Notes under the pieces: model-generated
The model's input: only the letters and a program-made list of their open reading frames with translations
What the model was told of the DNA's origin: nothing
Database searches by the model: none
Position numbers and translations under genes: made by a program
Source: Phycisphaerales bacterium
Lineage (GTDB): Bacteria > Planctomycetota > Phycisphaerae > WQYP01
DNA length: 64,000 bases
Assembly: GCA_013044165.1 (NCBI GenBank)
Contig: JABEVB010000225.1
Coordinates: 11,854-75,853, forward strand
Reading direction: 5' to 3'
In this document: piece after piece, positions 17,975 through 27,452 of the stretch
How positions within the stretch are numbered: position 1 is the stretch's first letter
How the letters are laid out: each line of letters begins with the position of its first letter

Positions 17975-20299
17975 TCAGGCGCTCTTGCGTCTACGCAGCA
18001 GCAAAATCGCGGCACCGCCAACAGCCAGCATGCCCAGCGAGGCTGGTTCGGGTACGTTACTACCAAGAATTTGCAGTGAGCCGGTACCAGCTAAAAATGT
18101 GCCTTCATTGACGCTGTTGTAGGTGCCAGGCCCCAGCACCGTGCCACCCAGGGTCAGAGCGCTGATGATGTCATTGCCGCTGTAATTAAGATTCATCAGC
18201 GCGGAGGTATCAACCGTTACCGCCGAGGTTGAAGCGAGAAACGCGCTGTCAATTTGCAGCGTACCCGCTTCCACCAGCGTGTTGCCGGTGTAGGTATTAC
18301 CTGCGCCGCTGAGTTCCAGCGTGCCCGCGCCCTGTTTGTCTAGGCCGCCATTGCCCGTGCCAGCAAGCAGGTTCTGGCCAATGGTGATATTGTTGCCATT
18401 GGTGTTGATGATGGCCCCGCCACTGTCAACATAGGTGCTGGTCAGCCCCTGCATGAAGGTTGTACTCGCAGCACCGGCGACCAGCGTACCACCGTTAAAG
18501 TGGAAGGTGCTGCTTCCACCGGTGGAATTGGTAAGAATCTGCTTCACGTTCAGCGTGCCGCCGTTCAGATTGACGGTGCCGGTACCATTAAGATTGTTGG
18601 CGAACGCGGCGCCGTCAATATAGAATTGTCCGCCCACGGTGAGCGAACCGCCGGTGTCAACGTTCAGAATGCCGGTGCCGCTTTCACCGACGTCGGCATT
18701 GAGCGAGAAACTCGTACTGCCACCGCTGAATGTCGCCGTGCTCGTGCCGCTGCCGGTGCCGCCGTTAAGGCCCAGGCGGAGCCAACCAGCAGTGGACGTT
18801 ACCGTGCCGCCGGTCTGAATGAAGTTGCTGGCGGCGAATACGCCTTGGATGTCGGTAAGCGAGAGGGTACCGCCCTGCATGTTATAGGTGGTTGTAGAGC
18901 CGCCGTTGATGCTCATGAGCAAGTTACCCGTCAGACTGACCGATCCGGCAGTTTGGGTAAACGTTCCAGTGCCGGAATCGGTTCTGAGCTCTACAGCACT
19001 CAGCGAGCCGCCCTGCATCTTATAAGTACCCGTTGCGCCACCGCCGTAACCCAAGTAGATATAGTTGCTCAAGGCCACCGTGCCGCCCGTTTGGGTGACG
19101 GTGCCGTTGGCGCCGTTATTTTGGCCAAGGGTCATCCAATTGCCGTTAACTTTAGTTAGAGTCGATGTATTCTGACTGATGTTGATCTGTCCCTGGCCAT
19201 TCCAGACCATGAGACCATTTTTGACGTTGAGCGTACCGCCGGTGAGGTTGTACGTACCGACGTTGGTTTTGGTGTTGTATCCCACCATCACATCGCCGTC
19301 GTACCCGCCGCGGGTGCCGCCATTTGGGTCGGTCACATTGACCGTTCCGCCAGATTGATTCACGGTACCCTGGGCAGAATTGTATTTCCCCAAGAACATG
19401 GCATTGGCCAGCACCGTGCCAGTACCACTAACGTTCAGCGTGCCGTTGCCACTGCCATCGCCCACATTAAAGCCATAGGCATCATAAGAATTAAGACTGC
19501 CGGCACTGATGGTGTAGGTTGCCGTGCCGTTGTTTGCAATATCAAAGTAGGCGCCGGTGGCTGTGGCCGACCCCATTTGCACCGTGCCACCCGTCTGCGT
19601 AACAGTGGTGGTATTGCTGGCATCGCCGGCAAAGACGACGGGGCCGCCGGTTACCGTCAGGCTGGCCGTGCCATTGATATTGACATTACTTACACTGGCA
19701 GGCGTGCCGCCCCAGTTGCCGGTGACAAAGGACTTGCCGACCGTCATAGATGAACTGTCGTTCATCGTCAATGTGCCGCTGGACGCTCCATTGCCTGCAG
19801 CTCCGCCAATTTGCACGTAGCCCGCATCCGAAAGCTTGGCCGTACCGTTCATGGTGAAAGAGCTGGCATTATTCGCGGCCGTTATAGCCCCGCCCGCATA
19901 ACCGTACATGCGGCCGATGACAAACCAGTTGTTGACGGCCAGCGTGGTGCCGGTGGCCATAACAATATTGCCCGGGGCATTACCGTTGCCAGCCCAGACT
20001 TCGTTGACGTACCCACCGCCGCTGGGGTAGCCGCTATACCCTGCGTTGGAATCAATATTCACAGTAGGCTCCGCACTTGGTGCCGCCAGCCCCACGTTTG
20101 CTATGGTATAAGTGCTTCCACTAACGGCTGCAGCCGGGGGACCAGATGGATTCCAGTTCAAACCATCCCACCACTCGTTGTCATTACCCGTCCCAACCCA
20201 GTTGAATTGGGTCGTTGTTACCGCAGCCCGAACTGCCGTTGGCACCGCTGCCGCCGCCACGGCCATCAAACCAATCGTGAGAACCTTAGAACGTAACAT
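17975..20299 (-). CDS. large surface protein with autotransporter-associated beta-strand repeats and a PEP-CTERM anchor
   Basis: C-terminus VPEPASLGMLAVGGAAILLLRRRKSA (PEP-CTERM). Repeats GGTL.L.G.NTYTGNT.V.AGTLQI and many G/T/N-rich beta-helix repeats. Start moved to the ATG at 20299 after GAGGAAGG, giving signal peptide MLRSKVLTIGLMAVAAAAVPTAVRA. Confidence 0.8.
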   Translation of the reverse strand: MLRSKVLTIGLMAVAAAAVPTAVRAAVTTTQFNWVGTGNDNEWWDGLNWNPSGPPAAAVSGSTYTIANVGLAAPSAEPTVNIDSNAGYSGYPSGGGYVNEVWAGNGNAPGNIVMATGTTLAVNNWFVIGRMYGYAGGAITAANNASSFTMNGTAKLSDAGYVQIGGAAGNGASSGTLTMNDSSSMTVGKSFVTGNWGGTPASVSNVNINGTASLTVTGGPVVFAGDASNTTTVTQTGGTVQMGSATATGAYFDIANNGTATYTISAGSLNSYDAYGFNVGDGSGNGTLNVSGTGTVLANAMFLGKYNSAQGTVNQSGGTVNVTDPNGGTRGGYDGDVMVGYNTKTNVGTYNLTGGTLNVKNGLMVWNGQGQINISQNTSTLTKVNGNWMTLGQNNGANGTVTQTGGTVALSNYIYLGYGGGATGTYKMQGGSLSAVELRTDSGTGTFTQTAGSVSLTGNLLMSINGGSTTTYNMQGGTLSLTDIQGVFAASNFIQTGGTVTSTAGWLRLGLNGGTGSGTSTATFSGGSTSFSLNADVGESGTGILNVDTGGSLTVGGQFYIDGAAFANNLNGTGTVNLNGGTLNVKQILTNSTGGSSTFHFNGGTLVAGAASTTFMQGLTSTYVDSGGAIINTNGNNITIGQNLLAGTGNGGLDKQGAGTLELSGAGNTYTGNTLVEAGTLQIDSAFLASTSAVTVDTSALMNLNYSGNDIISALTLGGTVLGPGTYNSVNEGTFLAGTGSLQILGSNVPEPASLGMLAVGGAAILLLRRRKSA

Positions 20300-20501
20300 A
20301 GGAATACCCCTTCCTCTGAATAACCGCAACATCTCTCGTAGCCCATACACCGAGCCAAACGGATGTTGCTGATGTTTCTCAAACCTCTTCAATCCTGAGC
20401 GACTCGCGGGAATAGAAACCGTACCAGAACCAACCGGTACGCCCGCAGTCACATCTGACAAGTTCAAGTTTAGACAGAAAAAACACAAATACTAGTGGCA
20501 T

Positions 20502-20532
20502 TTTGCGCAAATCCTATCATTATTTGCGCAAA
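20502..20532. promoter_or_regulatory. two copies of the perfect 10-bp palindrome TTTGCGCAAA, 21 bp centre to centre
   Basis: Read directly at 20502-20511 and 20523-20532, about 200 bp upstream of the PEP-CTERM gene start in the 632-bp divergent intergenic region. Confidence 0.35.
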
Positions 20533-20931
20533 GTTCTTCGGCGGCTGCGGCTGCAGCCATAAAACGGCACTTTATGGGACATCTCCCACCCATTGCGGGT
20601 GGCGCAAGGCTTAACTCAGTCCATAGTCGGGGTTACAACCACGGCACAATGACACAAGGCATTTGACCAAAGAGGCTGGCCTCACGGGTGTTTTTAACAT
20701 GTACTTGGCCTTGTATGCTTACTTTGGAAGATGAATATCGAGCCAAACTCTACCACAACAAGCGGGGCGTTTATAAATAGCGAAAACCCCTCCGCCTCTT
20801 TCTATTGTCCGCCGTATTGCGCAAGCCGGTCCGTGTAAAGACCTTCGCTGCGATTCGCTCGCGTTGCGGCATAACTGCCGCTAAACTTGCCTGCATGTCG
20901 CACAGGGCGACATCCACAGGAAAGAGGTTTC

Positions 20932-21777
20932 ATGCCCATCAAAATTTTGTGCATCGGCGACATTATCGGCAAACCCGGCCGTCAGGCGGTGGCCGAAGTA
21001 CTGCCTGACCTCATCACCCGCGAAAACATTGACCTCGTGGTCGCCAACGCCGAAAATGCCGCCGGTGGCTCCGGCCTCACCCCTCCCCTGCTGGCCAAAC
21101 TGCTGGCCACCGGCATTGACGTATGCACCATGGGCGACCACACCTATCGCAAGCGCGAAATATTGCCAATCCTCCAGAGTTCCGACAGGCTCATTCGGCC
21201 CGGTAATTATCCGCCCGATTCCATCGGCCGAGGCTGGACGGTCGTCCAATCGCGCAGCGGCGTAGCCGTTGCGGTGTTACAGGTCATGGGCCGGCTCTAT
21301 ATGAACCCACTCGACGACCCGCTGCGTACCATAGACCGCATGCTTGCCGAGGTGCCCCGTGACGTAAAGGTGCGCGTTGTTGATTTTCATGCCGAGGCCA
21401 GCAGCGAAAAAATCGCCATGGGCTGGTACCTCGATGGGCGTGTCTCCATCAACTTTGGCACGCATACCCATACCCCCACCGCCGATGCCCGCGTTCTGCC
21501 CGCTGGCACCGCCTTTGTCTCCGACCTGGGCATGACGGGACCCTACGACAGTGTACTTGGCCGACTCAAAGACCGAGTTATTAAACATATGATTACCGGC
21601 ATGCCACACTTTTTTGAAGTGGCCACCGGCGACCCGCGGGTATGCGGCATTCTCGCCACCGTTGACGAAATCTCGGGTAAAGCCCTCTCCATCCAGCGCT
21701 GCGACACAAAAGCCACCGAACAGGCCGCCGCCTACGATGCCGACGACGGCAAAGGCAACAACAAAAGCCAATATTAA
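20932..21777 (+). CDS. YmdB-like (TIGR00282-type) metallophosphoesterase
   Basis: MPIKILCIGDIIGKPGR, VVANAENAAGGSGLT, DFHAEASSEK, GTHTHTPTAD. Start moved to the ATG at 20932 after AAAGAGG. Confidence 0.85.
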   Translation: MPIKILCIGDIIGKPGRQAVAEVLPDLITRENIDLVVANAENAAGGSGLTPPLLAKLLATGIDVCTMGDHTYRKREILPILQSSDRLIRPGNYPPDSIGRGWTVVQSRSGVAVAVLQVMGRLYMNPLDDPLRTIDRMLAEVPRDVKVRVVDFHAEASSEKIAMGWYLDGRVSINFGTHTHTPTADARVLPAGTAFVSDLGMTGPYDSVLGRLKDRVIKHMITGMPHFFEVATGDPRVCGILATVDEISGKALSIQRCDTKATEQAAAYDADDGKGNNKSQY

Positions 21778-21812
21778 TTCCCGCGCTGCAGCCCCAACTC
21801 ACCCCGGCGCCA

Positions 21813-24281
21813 TCACTGCAATTGCCACTTGCGGCGAAAGTACCACTCGGCGGTCATCAACCCTATAAAAATAAGAAAAAAAGCCCGATTGTTATACAGC
21901 GCAAACGAACTGCGCTGCACCTGGGCCGTCGGTGGAAGAGCCGCTTTAATAATCCGCGCTAAATCGCCAACCCCCGCAAGCTCCGTATAGCTTCCACCCG
22001 TCAGCCGCGCTATGCGCTGCAGCACCGATGGTTCGGCCGCGAGTTTATCCATCTCGCCGCCCGGCGCCATGACATAAAAGTCGGTGGCGTCCGTGCCGAG
22101 CTTTTGATGATCTTTGGTGGCCACAAACGATACATGATACTTGCCCGAGCCGCGCGGCATAATGTTGCGGTAATACATACCCACCTGCGATTGCCGCGCT
22201 GTTAAATCAACCATCCGCGTTTTGCCATCCGGCCCGGTGATGGTGGCCTGCACATGCGCATAACGGGTAGATTGTCCGTGCATATCGGTGACGGCCACAC
22301 GCAGGCGAACCGGTTCATTCGGTTCGTAGCGCTCCTTGCGAATCATGACGGTCACCGATGGACCGTTGCTGGTTTTGACCTTGGACTCCCCGGCGAGCCA
22401 GCGAATGAGCTGCCCCCAAAAGCGATTGTACGGCGACTTATCACCCATGGTGCGCAGCATAAGCTGCCAACGAAATGTTGTGTCCGCGGCAAATGCCGCT
22501 GTACGCCCTTTGCCATAGTGCTCAACCGCAAGCACCACCGCAGGCCTGCCATTCACCAGCGCGGTTGGATGCGTAAGCAAAACCGTTGCTCCAGGCTTGG
22601 CGCCCGCAAAGGCAACGCAACCGGCCAGCGGCGGCAATTGCTTCTGTGCAGGAGTACCCGCCGGCCCGATAAACCACTCGCCAATACCTTGAAATATGGG
22701 GCTTTGGGCGCCAAATGCCGTCAACTGCGGCACGAACGGCAGCGAAATTTGCGCCGGTGCCGCAACCTCCAGGTTTATGGGAAACGCCGGCCCCAAAACA
22801 GACTCACCCCAATCGCCGGCGGCAAAATTATGCTGCCCACCTATCATTAAAAATCCCGATCCATGCTCAATGGCCGTCTTAATATCCTGCTGCTGCTCGG
22901 CCGACAAAAACCGCGAGCTTTCATCTCCCAGAATAATCACCTTAAACATCTCCCACTGCTTAAGCGTGGTCGGCACGCCGATGAGATGGTCCCCCTCGCG
23001 GATGCCGTGCATTAAAAAATAGTTGGGCCGCGTGCGAATCATGCTCACCAGGTTGATGTTCGGATCCATCTGCAGCACATTGCGCAGCGGGCCGACTTCA
23101 GGGCGCACGCGGCCTTCAAGGTATAGCACGCGAATTTGCGGGTTCGTAATCAACATCGGAAACTGCTGCTGATTGCCCGCGGATGTTCGTTCTTCCGGCA
23201 CAACCGGAATGTGGACATTCAGCACCACACGGCCCACCTTATGCGGTGTAAACTTCAGATGCACCAACTGCGGCGTCGGCCCCGACTGCAGCACCAGCCG
23301 GTGCTCCATCAGCGTCGCTTTGTTTTGCTGCAGGTACACCTCAACCGTGCGGTCATTAAGCGCGGTGGACCGAATCACGGCCGTAAGCGTCACCTCTGTA
23401 TCCACCGGAGCGGTTTGTGGGCCGTCCACACGCACAATTTGTATGTCCGGCACGCCCTTGGCCTGGGTGGCGGTACTGCCCACGCGTACCGTGTAAACCG
23501 GCACGCTGCCGCTGGCCAGCGAACTTATTTTGCTCGGGCCATTCTGAATGCCATCGCTGAAGAGCACCACCTGCCGGCAGCCGTTGTCGGTCGCTATTTT
23601 GATGGCGGTGGGTAAATCGGTAACGGTGCCATTGGGCGGAATGTTATTCCATTCATCCGCCGAAGCCAGCGGCCCATTGTGCTTGCCGTCATAGGCAAAA
23701 CATTTAACGCGTACCTGCTTGCCAAGCTCCGTCATAAGGATGCGCGCCGCCAGGGTGCTTTGCAGGTAGCGGCTTGGCTCGTTGGGTTGGTCGCTCACGC
23801 TCATCGAGCCTGACGCATCTACCACAATTCCCACGGTATTAACGTGATGCGGCCTTTTTATAAACGCCAGCACCGGTTTAAATAGCAGCAGCAGCAGCGC
23901 GATCACCGCCAGCACGCGTAAGGCAAAAAGTACGCCAAGCCGAAAACGCCCCAGGTATTCAAACATGCGGCGGTAAAACAGCCACACCGCCATACCCGAA
24001 ACAGCCAGCATAAATACCATGGCAATCGGCGCAGCGCGCATCATCGGCAGCAGTGCGGCGCCCAGGCCATAAACAATCGAAGCAACCCCCGTAACCACCG
24101 CTAGCCACATCGTGCGATCGGCGGCATCAGGCGCCGGGCCTGCTGAACTGGCGGGCAACCGTCGCCGTTGCACAACGCCATACGCAATAAGTGCCACGCC
24201 CAGAGAGCACAAAATAAGTGCCCACCAGGCAAAGCCTCGGCTGCCTAAAAAATCCAGTTCAATGCTGGCCAATATGTTCAT
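21813..24281 (-). CDS. membrane protein with VWA domain and GATase1-like (DUF1355-type) domain, BatA-like architecture
   Basis: N-terminal double-TM region. VWA MIDAS-like IVVDASGSMSV. VIILGDE...GSGFLMIGGQHNF is GATase-like. C-terminal TM FFLIFIGLMTAEWYFRRKW. Confidence 0.75.
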   Translation of the reverse strand: MNILASIELDFLGSRGFAWWALILCSLGVALIAYGVVQRRRLPASSAGPAPDAADRTMWLAVVTGVASIVYGLGAALLPMMRAAPIAMVFMLAVSGMAVWLFYRRMFEYLGRFRLGVLFALRVLAVIALLLLLFKPVLAFIKRPHHVNTVGIVVDASGSMSVSDQPNEPSRYLQSTLAARILMTELGKQVRVKCFAYDGKHNGPLASADEWNNIPPNGTVTDLPTAIKIATDNGCRQVVLFSDGIQNGPSKISSLASGSVPVYTVRVGSTATQAKGVPDIQIVRVDGPQTAPVDTEVTLTAVIRSTALNDRTVEVYLQQNKATLMEHRLVLQSGPTPQLVHLKFTPHKVGRVVLNVHIPVVPEERTSAGNQQQFPMLITNPQIRVLYLEGRVRPEVGPLRNVLQMDPNINLVSMIRTRPNYFLMHGIREGDHLIGVPTTLKQWEMFKVIILGDESSRFLSAEQQQDIKTAIEHGSGFLMIGGQHNFAAGDWGESVLGPAFPINLEVAAPAQISLPFVPQLTAFGAQSPIFQGIGEWFIGPAGTPAQKQLPPLAGCVAFAGAKPGATVLLTHPTALVNGRPAVVLAVEHYGKGRTAAFAADTTFRWQLMLRTMGDKSPYNRFWGQLIRWLAGESKVKTSNGPSVTVMIRKERYEPNEPVRLRVAVTDMHGQSTRYAHVQATITGPDGKTRMVDLTARQSQVGMYYRNIMPRGSGKYHVSFVATKDHQKLGTDATDFYVMAPGGEMDKLAAEPSVLQRIARLTGGSYTELAGVGDLARIIKAALPPTAQVQRSSFALYNNRAFFLIFIGLMTAEWYFRRKWQLQ

Positions 24282-24409
24282 GCATGATGCCCAGCTACGC
24301 CCTTAACGCGCCCAGCGACTCGCCAACCGTATCGGCCCATGGTCGCCCATAAACCTTAACGCTCCAGAAGGCAAAATGTTGTGCTGCTCGCCCTTCATGG
24401 CGGCCGGCA

Positions 24410-25750
24410 TCACGAAACCAGCGTGTTAATGACCATGCCGGTCGCCAGTTTCGGATAAAAGAAGGTGCTCTTCTGCGGCATAAGCTCATGAGCGTTGCAC
24501 AACTGTCGCACCGCCTCCAACGGCGTTGGTTGAAGCACAAACCCGGCCTGATACTGGCCGGAGCGGCACAAATCCACCACTTCGTGCGCCTCGTGCGGGA
24601 ACGCCCAATGAAAATCCTGGCCCCCGGCAAAGTGCGGCTTTACAATGCGGTCGAAAATCAGGTGCTGCAGAATCGCCACATCCAACTGCCGCCATTCCTT
24701 CGATTTTCCAGCCAACGCCGCATCATCACTTAAACGCCCCAACGGGTCCGAGTCACTTGGCACTACCACCACCGCCCTGTCACCCGCAGGGTCATACACA
24801 CCCATGGCATGGGGGCCAAAGCCCGCAAGCCTTTTCTCAAGCTCATCCAACTGACCGCCCGTAAATTGCCCCGGCAACACCTTAAGCAGTCCCGCCGCTT
24901 TGGCCACAAAGCCATCCGCCGAAAATCCCTGCAGGTTCGACACCACCCGATGCGTCGGCAGCACAATCAAACCGGGGTCTTGCATGGCCACAAGCACAAA
25001 CAACCCGAAGTTCGCCGGGTGCTCTTTCGGCAAATGACCGCCATGCGATTGCGCAAGTTCCTTGCGATACGTCAAACAGGTGCTGTAACGATGATGACCA
25101 TCGGCAATGTATAAATGCTTATCCGCCAGCAGGTTTTGCACATCGGCAATAACCTTGGCATCCGTCACCATCCACAATTCCGAAAGCACCTGCCCCTTGC
25201 CATCTTGCGTGGGCAAGCTGGCCGTCGCAATCGGCGGCCCACCAGCAACATGCTCAAAGAGCCGGTTCGTTACCGCATTCGTTGCATCATCATACAGACC
25301 AAAAACCGGCGAGAGGTTTGCATGGGTGCTGCGCATCAATAGCAAGCGATCTTCCTTTGGCCCGCTGAAAGTCTGTTCATGCGGGTGAATGGTGCCGCTG
25401 GGTCCGAACTCTTCGAGGCCAACGCGGCAAAAAAGACCGCGACGCTGGTATGTAACACCAGCGTGTGCGTACGTTTGCTGGTATGGGTACAGGGTGGGCT
25501 TCCCATCGCGCTTAAGCACACCGCTTTGCAGCCAGGACTCCAGCGTTGTGGCTGCCGCGGCGTATGCAGCCGCCGGCCCGGCCGTTTTGGGCGGTACATG
25601 TGGCAGGTCAACGGCCACAATGTTATGCGCGTTTTTTTTCAGGTACGCGGCCTTATCCGCCGCTGAAAGCACATCATAAGGCGGCGATATCAAATCGGTC
25701 TGCAGCGATTGCGGATACCGCACCGCTGCCATGGGTTGCACGTTGGCCAT
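24410..25750 (-). CDS. DUF1015 family protein
   Basis: ISPPYDVLS and YIADGHHRYST motifs. Start moved to the ATG at 25750 (MANVQPM) after AGGAA. Confidence 0.8.
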   Translation of the reverse strand: MANVQPMAAVRYPQSLQTDLISPPYDVLSAADKAAYLKKNAHNIVAVDLPHVPPKTAGPAAAYAAAATTLESWLQSGVLKRDGKPTLYPYQQTYAHAGVTYQRRGLFCRVGLEEFGPSGTIHPHEQTFSGPKEDRLLLMRSTHANLSPVFGLYDDATNAVTNRLFEHVAGGPPIATASLPTQDGKGQVLSELWMVTDAKVIADVQNLLADKHLYIADGHHRYSTCLTYRKELAQSHGGHLPKEHPANFGLFVLVAMQDPGLIVLPTHRVVSNLQGFSADGFVAKAAGLLKVLPGQFTGGQLDELEKRLAGFGPHAMGVYDPAGDRAVVVVPSDSDPLGRLSDDAALAGKSKEWRQLDVAILQHLIFDRIVKPHFAGGQDFHWAFPHEAHEVVDLCRSGQYQAGFVLQPTPLEAVRQLCNAHELMPQKSTFFYPKLATGMVINTLVS

Positions 25751-26017
25751 GAGTATTTCCTGTGAACTACTGACAAACCACACAGCGGAATTGCTGCTTA
25801 CTATGTCCGCCGTAACAACCGCCGCGCCTTATACAGGCCATGGGCCCCGCAGCGCAGGCCCAAATTAAAACGCACCTGCAAAAGCAAAAGCCTGCTGGAC
25901 GCGAACCAGCCATATCGTCGGCACAACAAACGGTACAAGCATGTCTGCCCCGATATGAAGCAAACTCGCCGCGCTATAGCTCATGAATTCCACTGCACTC
26001 CATCCCCAGCCGATGGA

Positions 26018-26098
26018 TCATTGAATATGATGCCTTGCCTTCCACTTGGCATGACGTTTCTTGCTGCCGATTTTACGACGGCGACGAGGTTTGGGCAT
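26018..26098 (-). CDS. 26-aa highly basic micro-protein (MPKPRRRRKIGSKKRHAKWKARHHIQ), possibly bS22-like and ribosome-associated
   Basis: Not in the ORF track (below its size cutoff). I translated it by hand. ATG at 26098 is preceded by AGGAG with an 8-nt spacer; TGA stop at 26018-26020. SKKRHAKW.. resembles the actinobacterial bS22 core (..RMSKKKHRKLL..) as I recall it. Confidence 0.4.
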   Translation of the reverse strand: MPKPRRRRKIGSKKRHAKWKARHHIQ

Positions 26099-26358
26099 AA
26101 CAACAACTCCTAACGTATAGGCAGGTAATTCCGCTCACCCGCGAACCCAATACCTTAGGGCCAAGCCACCTCATTGGCAAGTGAGCCAGATCAATCCCAC
26201 TTTAATCGCCCCGCTCACTCAAACCCCGCAATAAAGTCTCGCGCCAAGCCTCCTACGGTTCAAAAAGCCTGTATTCGTTTATTTTGACAGTTGATTTATC
26301 CCCAAAAATGTGGTTAGCTACCTTTCAAATATGCCTTGTATGCACGGTGCCTGTGTCC

Positions 26359-26961
26359 ATGACCAATCCATCTGCCAAACCAGCAACCACCCCGGCAGGC
26401 AGCGTCAGCCCACCACCCGTAGATACATGGGTGGATGCCTACGGCGACATCTTATTCCGCTACACCATCTCTCGGGTGAGCGATCGCAGCATCGCTGAAG
26501 ATATCGTACAAGAAACCTTTGTCGCGGCCCTGGGCGCGCAAGCCAAGTTCAGCGGCCAGTGCGCTTTTTCAACCTGGCTGGTGGGCATTCTTAAACACAA
26601 AGTACTCGATTACTTTCGTGCACAACATCGCCAACCCGCAGCATCTCTCGACGACGATCAGGTCGTCGCATCCATGTTCAACAATCTGGGCCATTGGCGT
26701 AATGCCCCCAAACGCTGGCACATGACTGCGGAGCAAGCCGCCGAATCAGCCGAGCTTTCCCCGCTCATCCAGGCCTGCCTCGAAGCCCTGCCCCCCATGC
26801 AGCGCGAAGCCATCATCATGCGCCTTATGGATGATCAAGCCGCCGACGATGTATGTAAGACTTTGCAGCTTAGCGCGACCAACCTATACGTACTCCTGCA
26901 TCGCGCGCGGCTGCGCCTGCGCAACTGCCTGGAAAAAAAGGGTGTAGACCAGCTTGCATAG
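26359..26961 (+). CDS. ECF (group 4) RNA polymerase sigma factor
   Basis: Region 2: YGDILFRYTISRV...DIVQETFVAAL. Region 4: QREAIIMRLMDDQAADDVCKTLQLSATNLYVLLHRARLRLR. Start moved to the ATG at 26359. Confidence 0.85.
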   Translation: MTNPSAKPATTPAGSVSPPPVDTWVDAYGDILFRYTISRVSDRSIAEDIVQETFVAALGAQAKFSGQCAFSTWLVGILKHKVLDYFRAQHRQPAASLDDDQVVASMFNNLGHWRNAPKRWHMTAEQAAESAELSPLIQACLEALPPMQREAIIMRLMDDQAADDVCKTLQLSATNLYVLLHRARLRLRNCLEKKGVDQLA

Positions 26962-26978
26962 CTGAAAAAGAGATAAAA

Positions 26979-27239
26979 ATGTTCAATCCACTCCACATTT
27001 TTAGTTGCCGCGCCGCAGCAGAAGCCGCTTCGCTTAAGCGCGACGCAAAGCTTCCATTGGGCAATCGCATCACCCTCGCAATGCACTTAGCTATCTGTTC
27101 AATGTGCCGCTGTATGAATAATCAGTTCGCAATTATCGAGGCAGCACTGCGCAAACTAAGCCGCACCCCAGAGCCAGACAATTCCAGTCAATCGCTTTCG
27201 GCCCAGGCACGCGAGCGGCTTAAGTCGCGCCTTAAATAA
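26979..27239 (+). CDS. small soluble zinc-binding (ZAS, H-x3-C-x2-C) anti-sigma factor
   Basis: Lies 17 nt after the sigma gene stop. C10...H36-LAI-C40-SM-C43 matches the ZAS motif. No transmembrane segment in its 86 aa. Confidence 0.6.
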   Translation: MFNPLHIFSCRAAAEAASLKRDAKLPLGNRITLAMHLAICSMCRCMNNQFAIIEAALRKLSRTPEPDNSSQSLSAQARERLKSRLK

Positions 27240-27452
27240 GGCTTATGTGGTTTATTTCAAACCAGCCTTAACTCATACGGTCAGCAGCCGCTCATCATCA
27301 CGATAATATCTATATATGCGAAAGTCTTCGCCTTCCCAAAAATCATACCGCCGACAATCGCCCCCATCCTATAAAAATCCAACCGCTAGCAGCTACACTC
27401 CAGTCGCTTGCCGCTTTTGCCGATAATGTTAGAGATTGGCGTGGTGGGGCTT

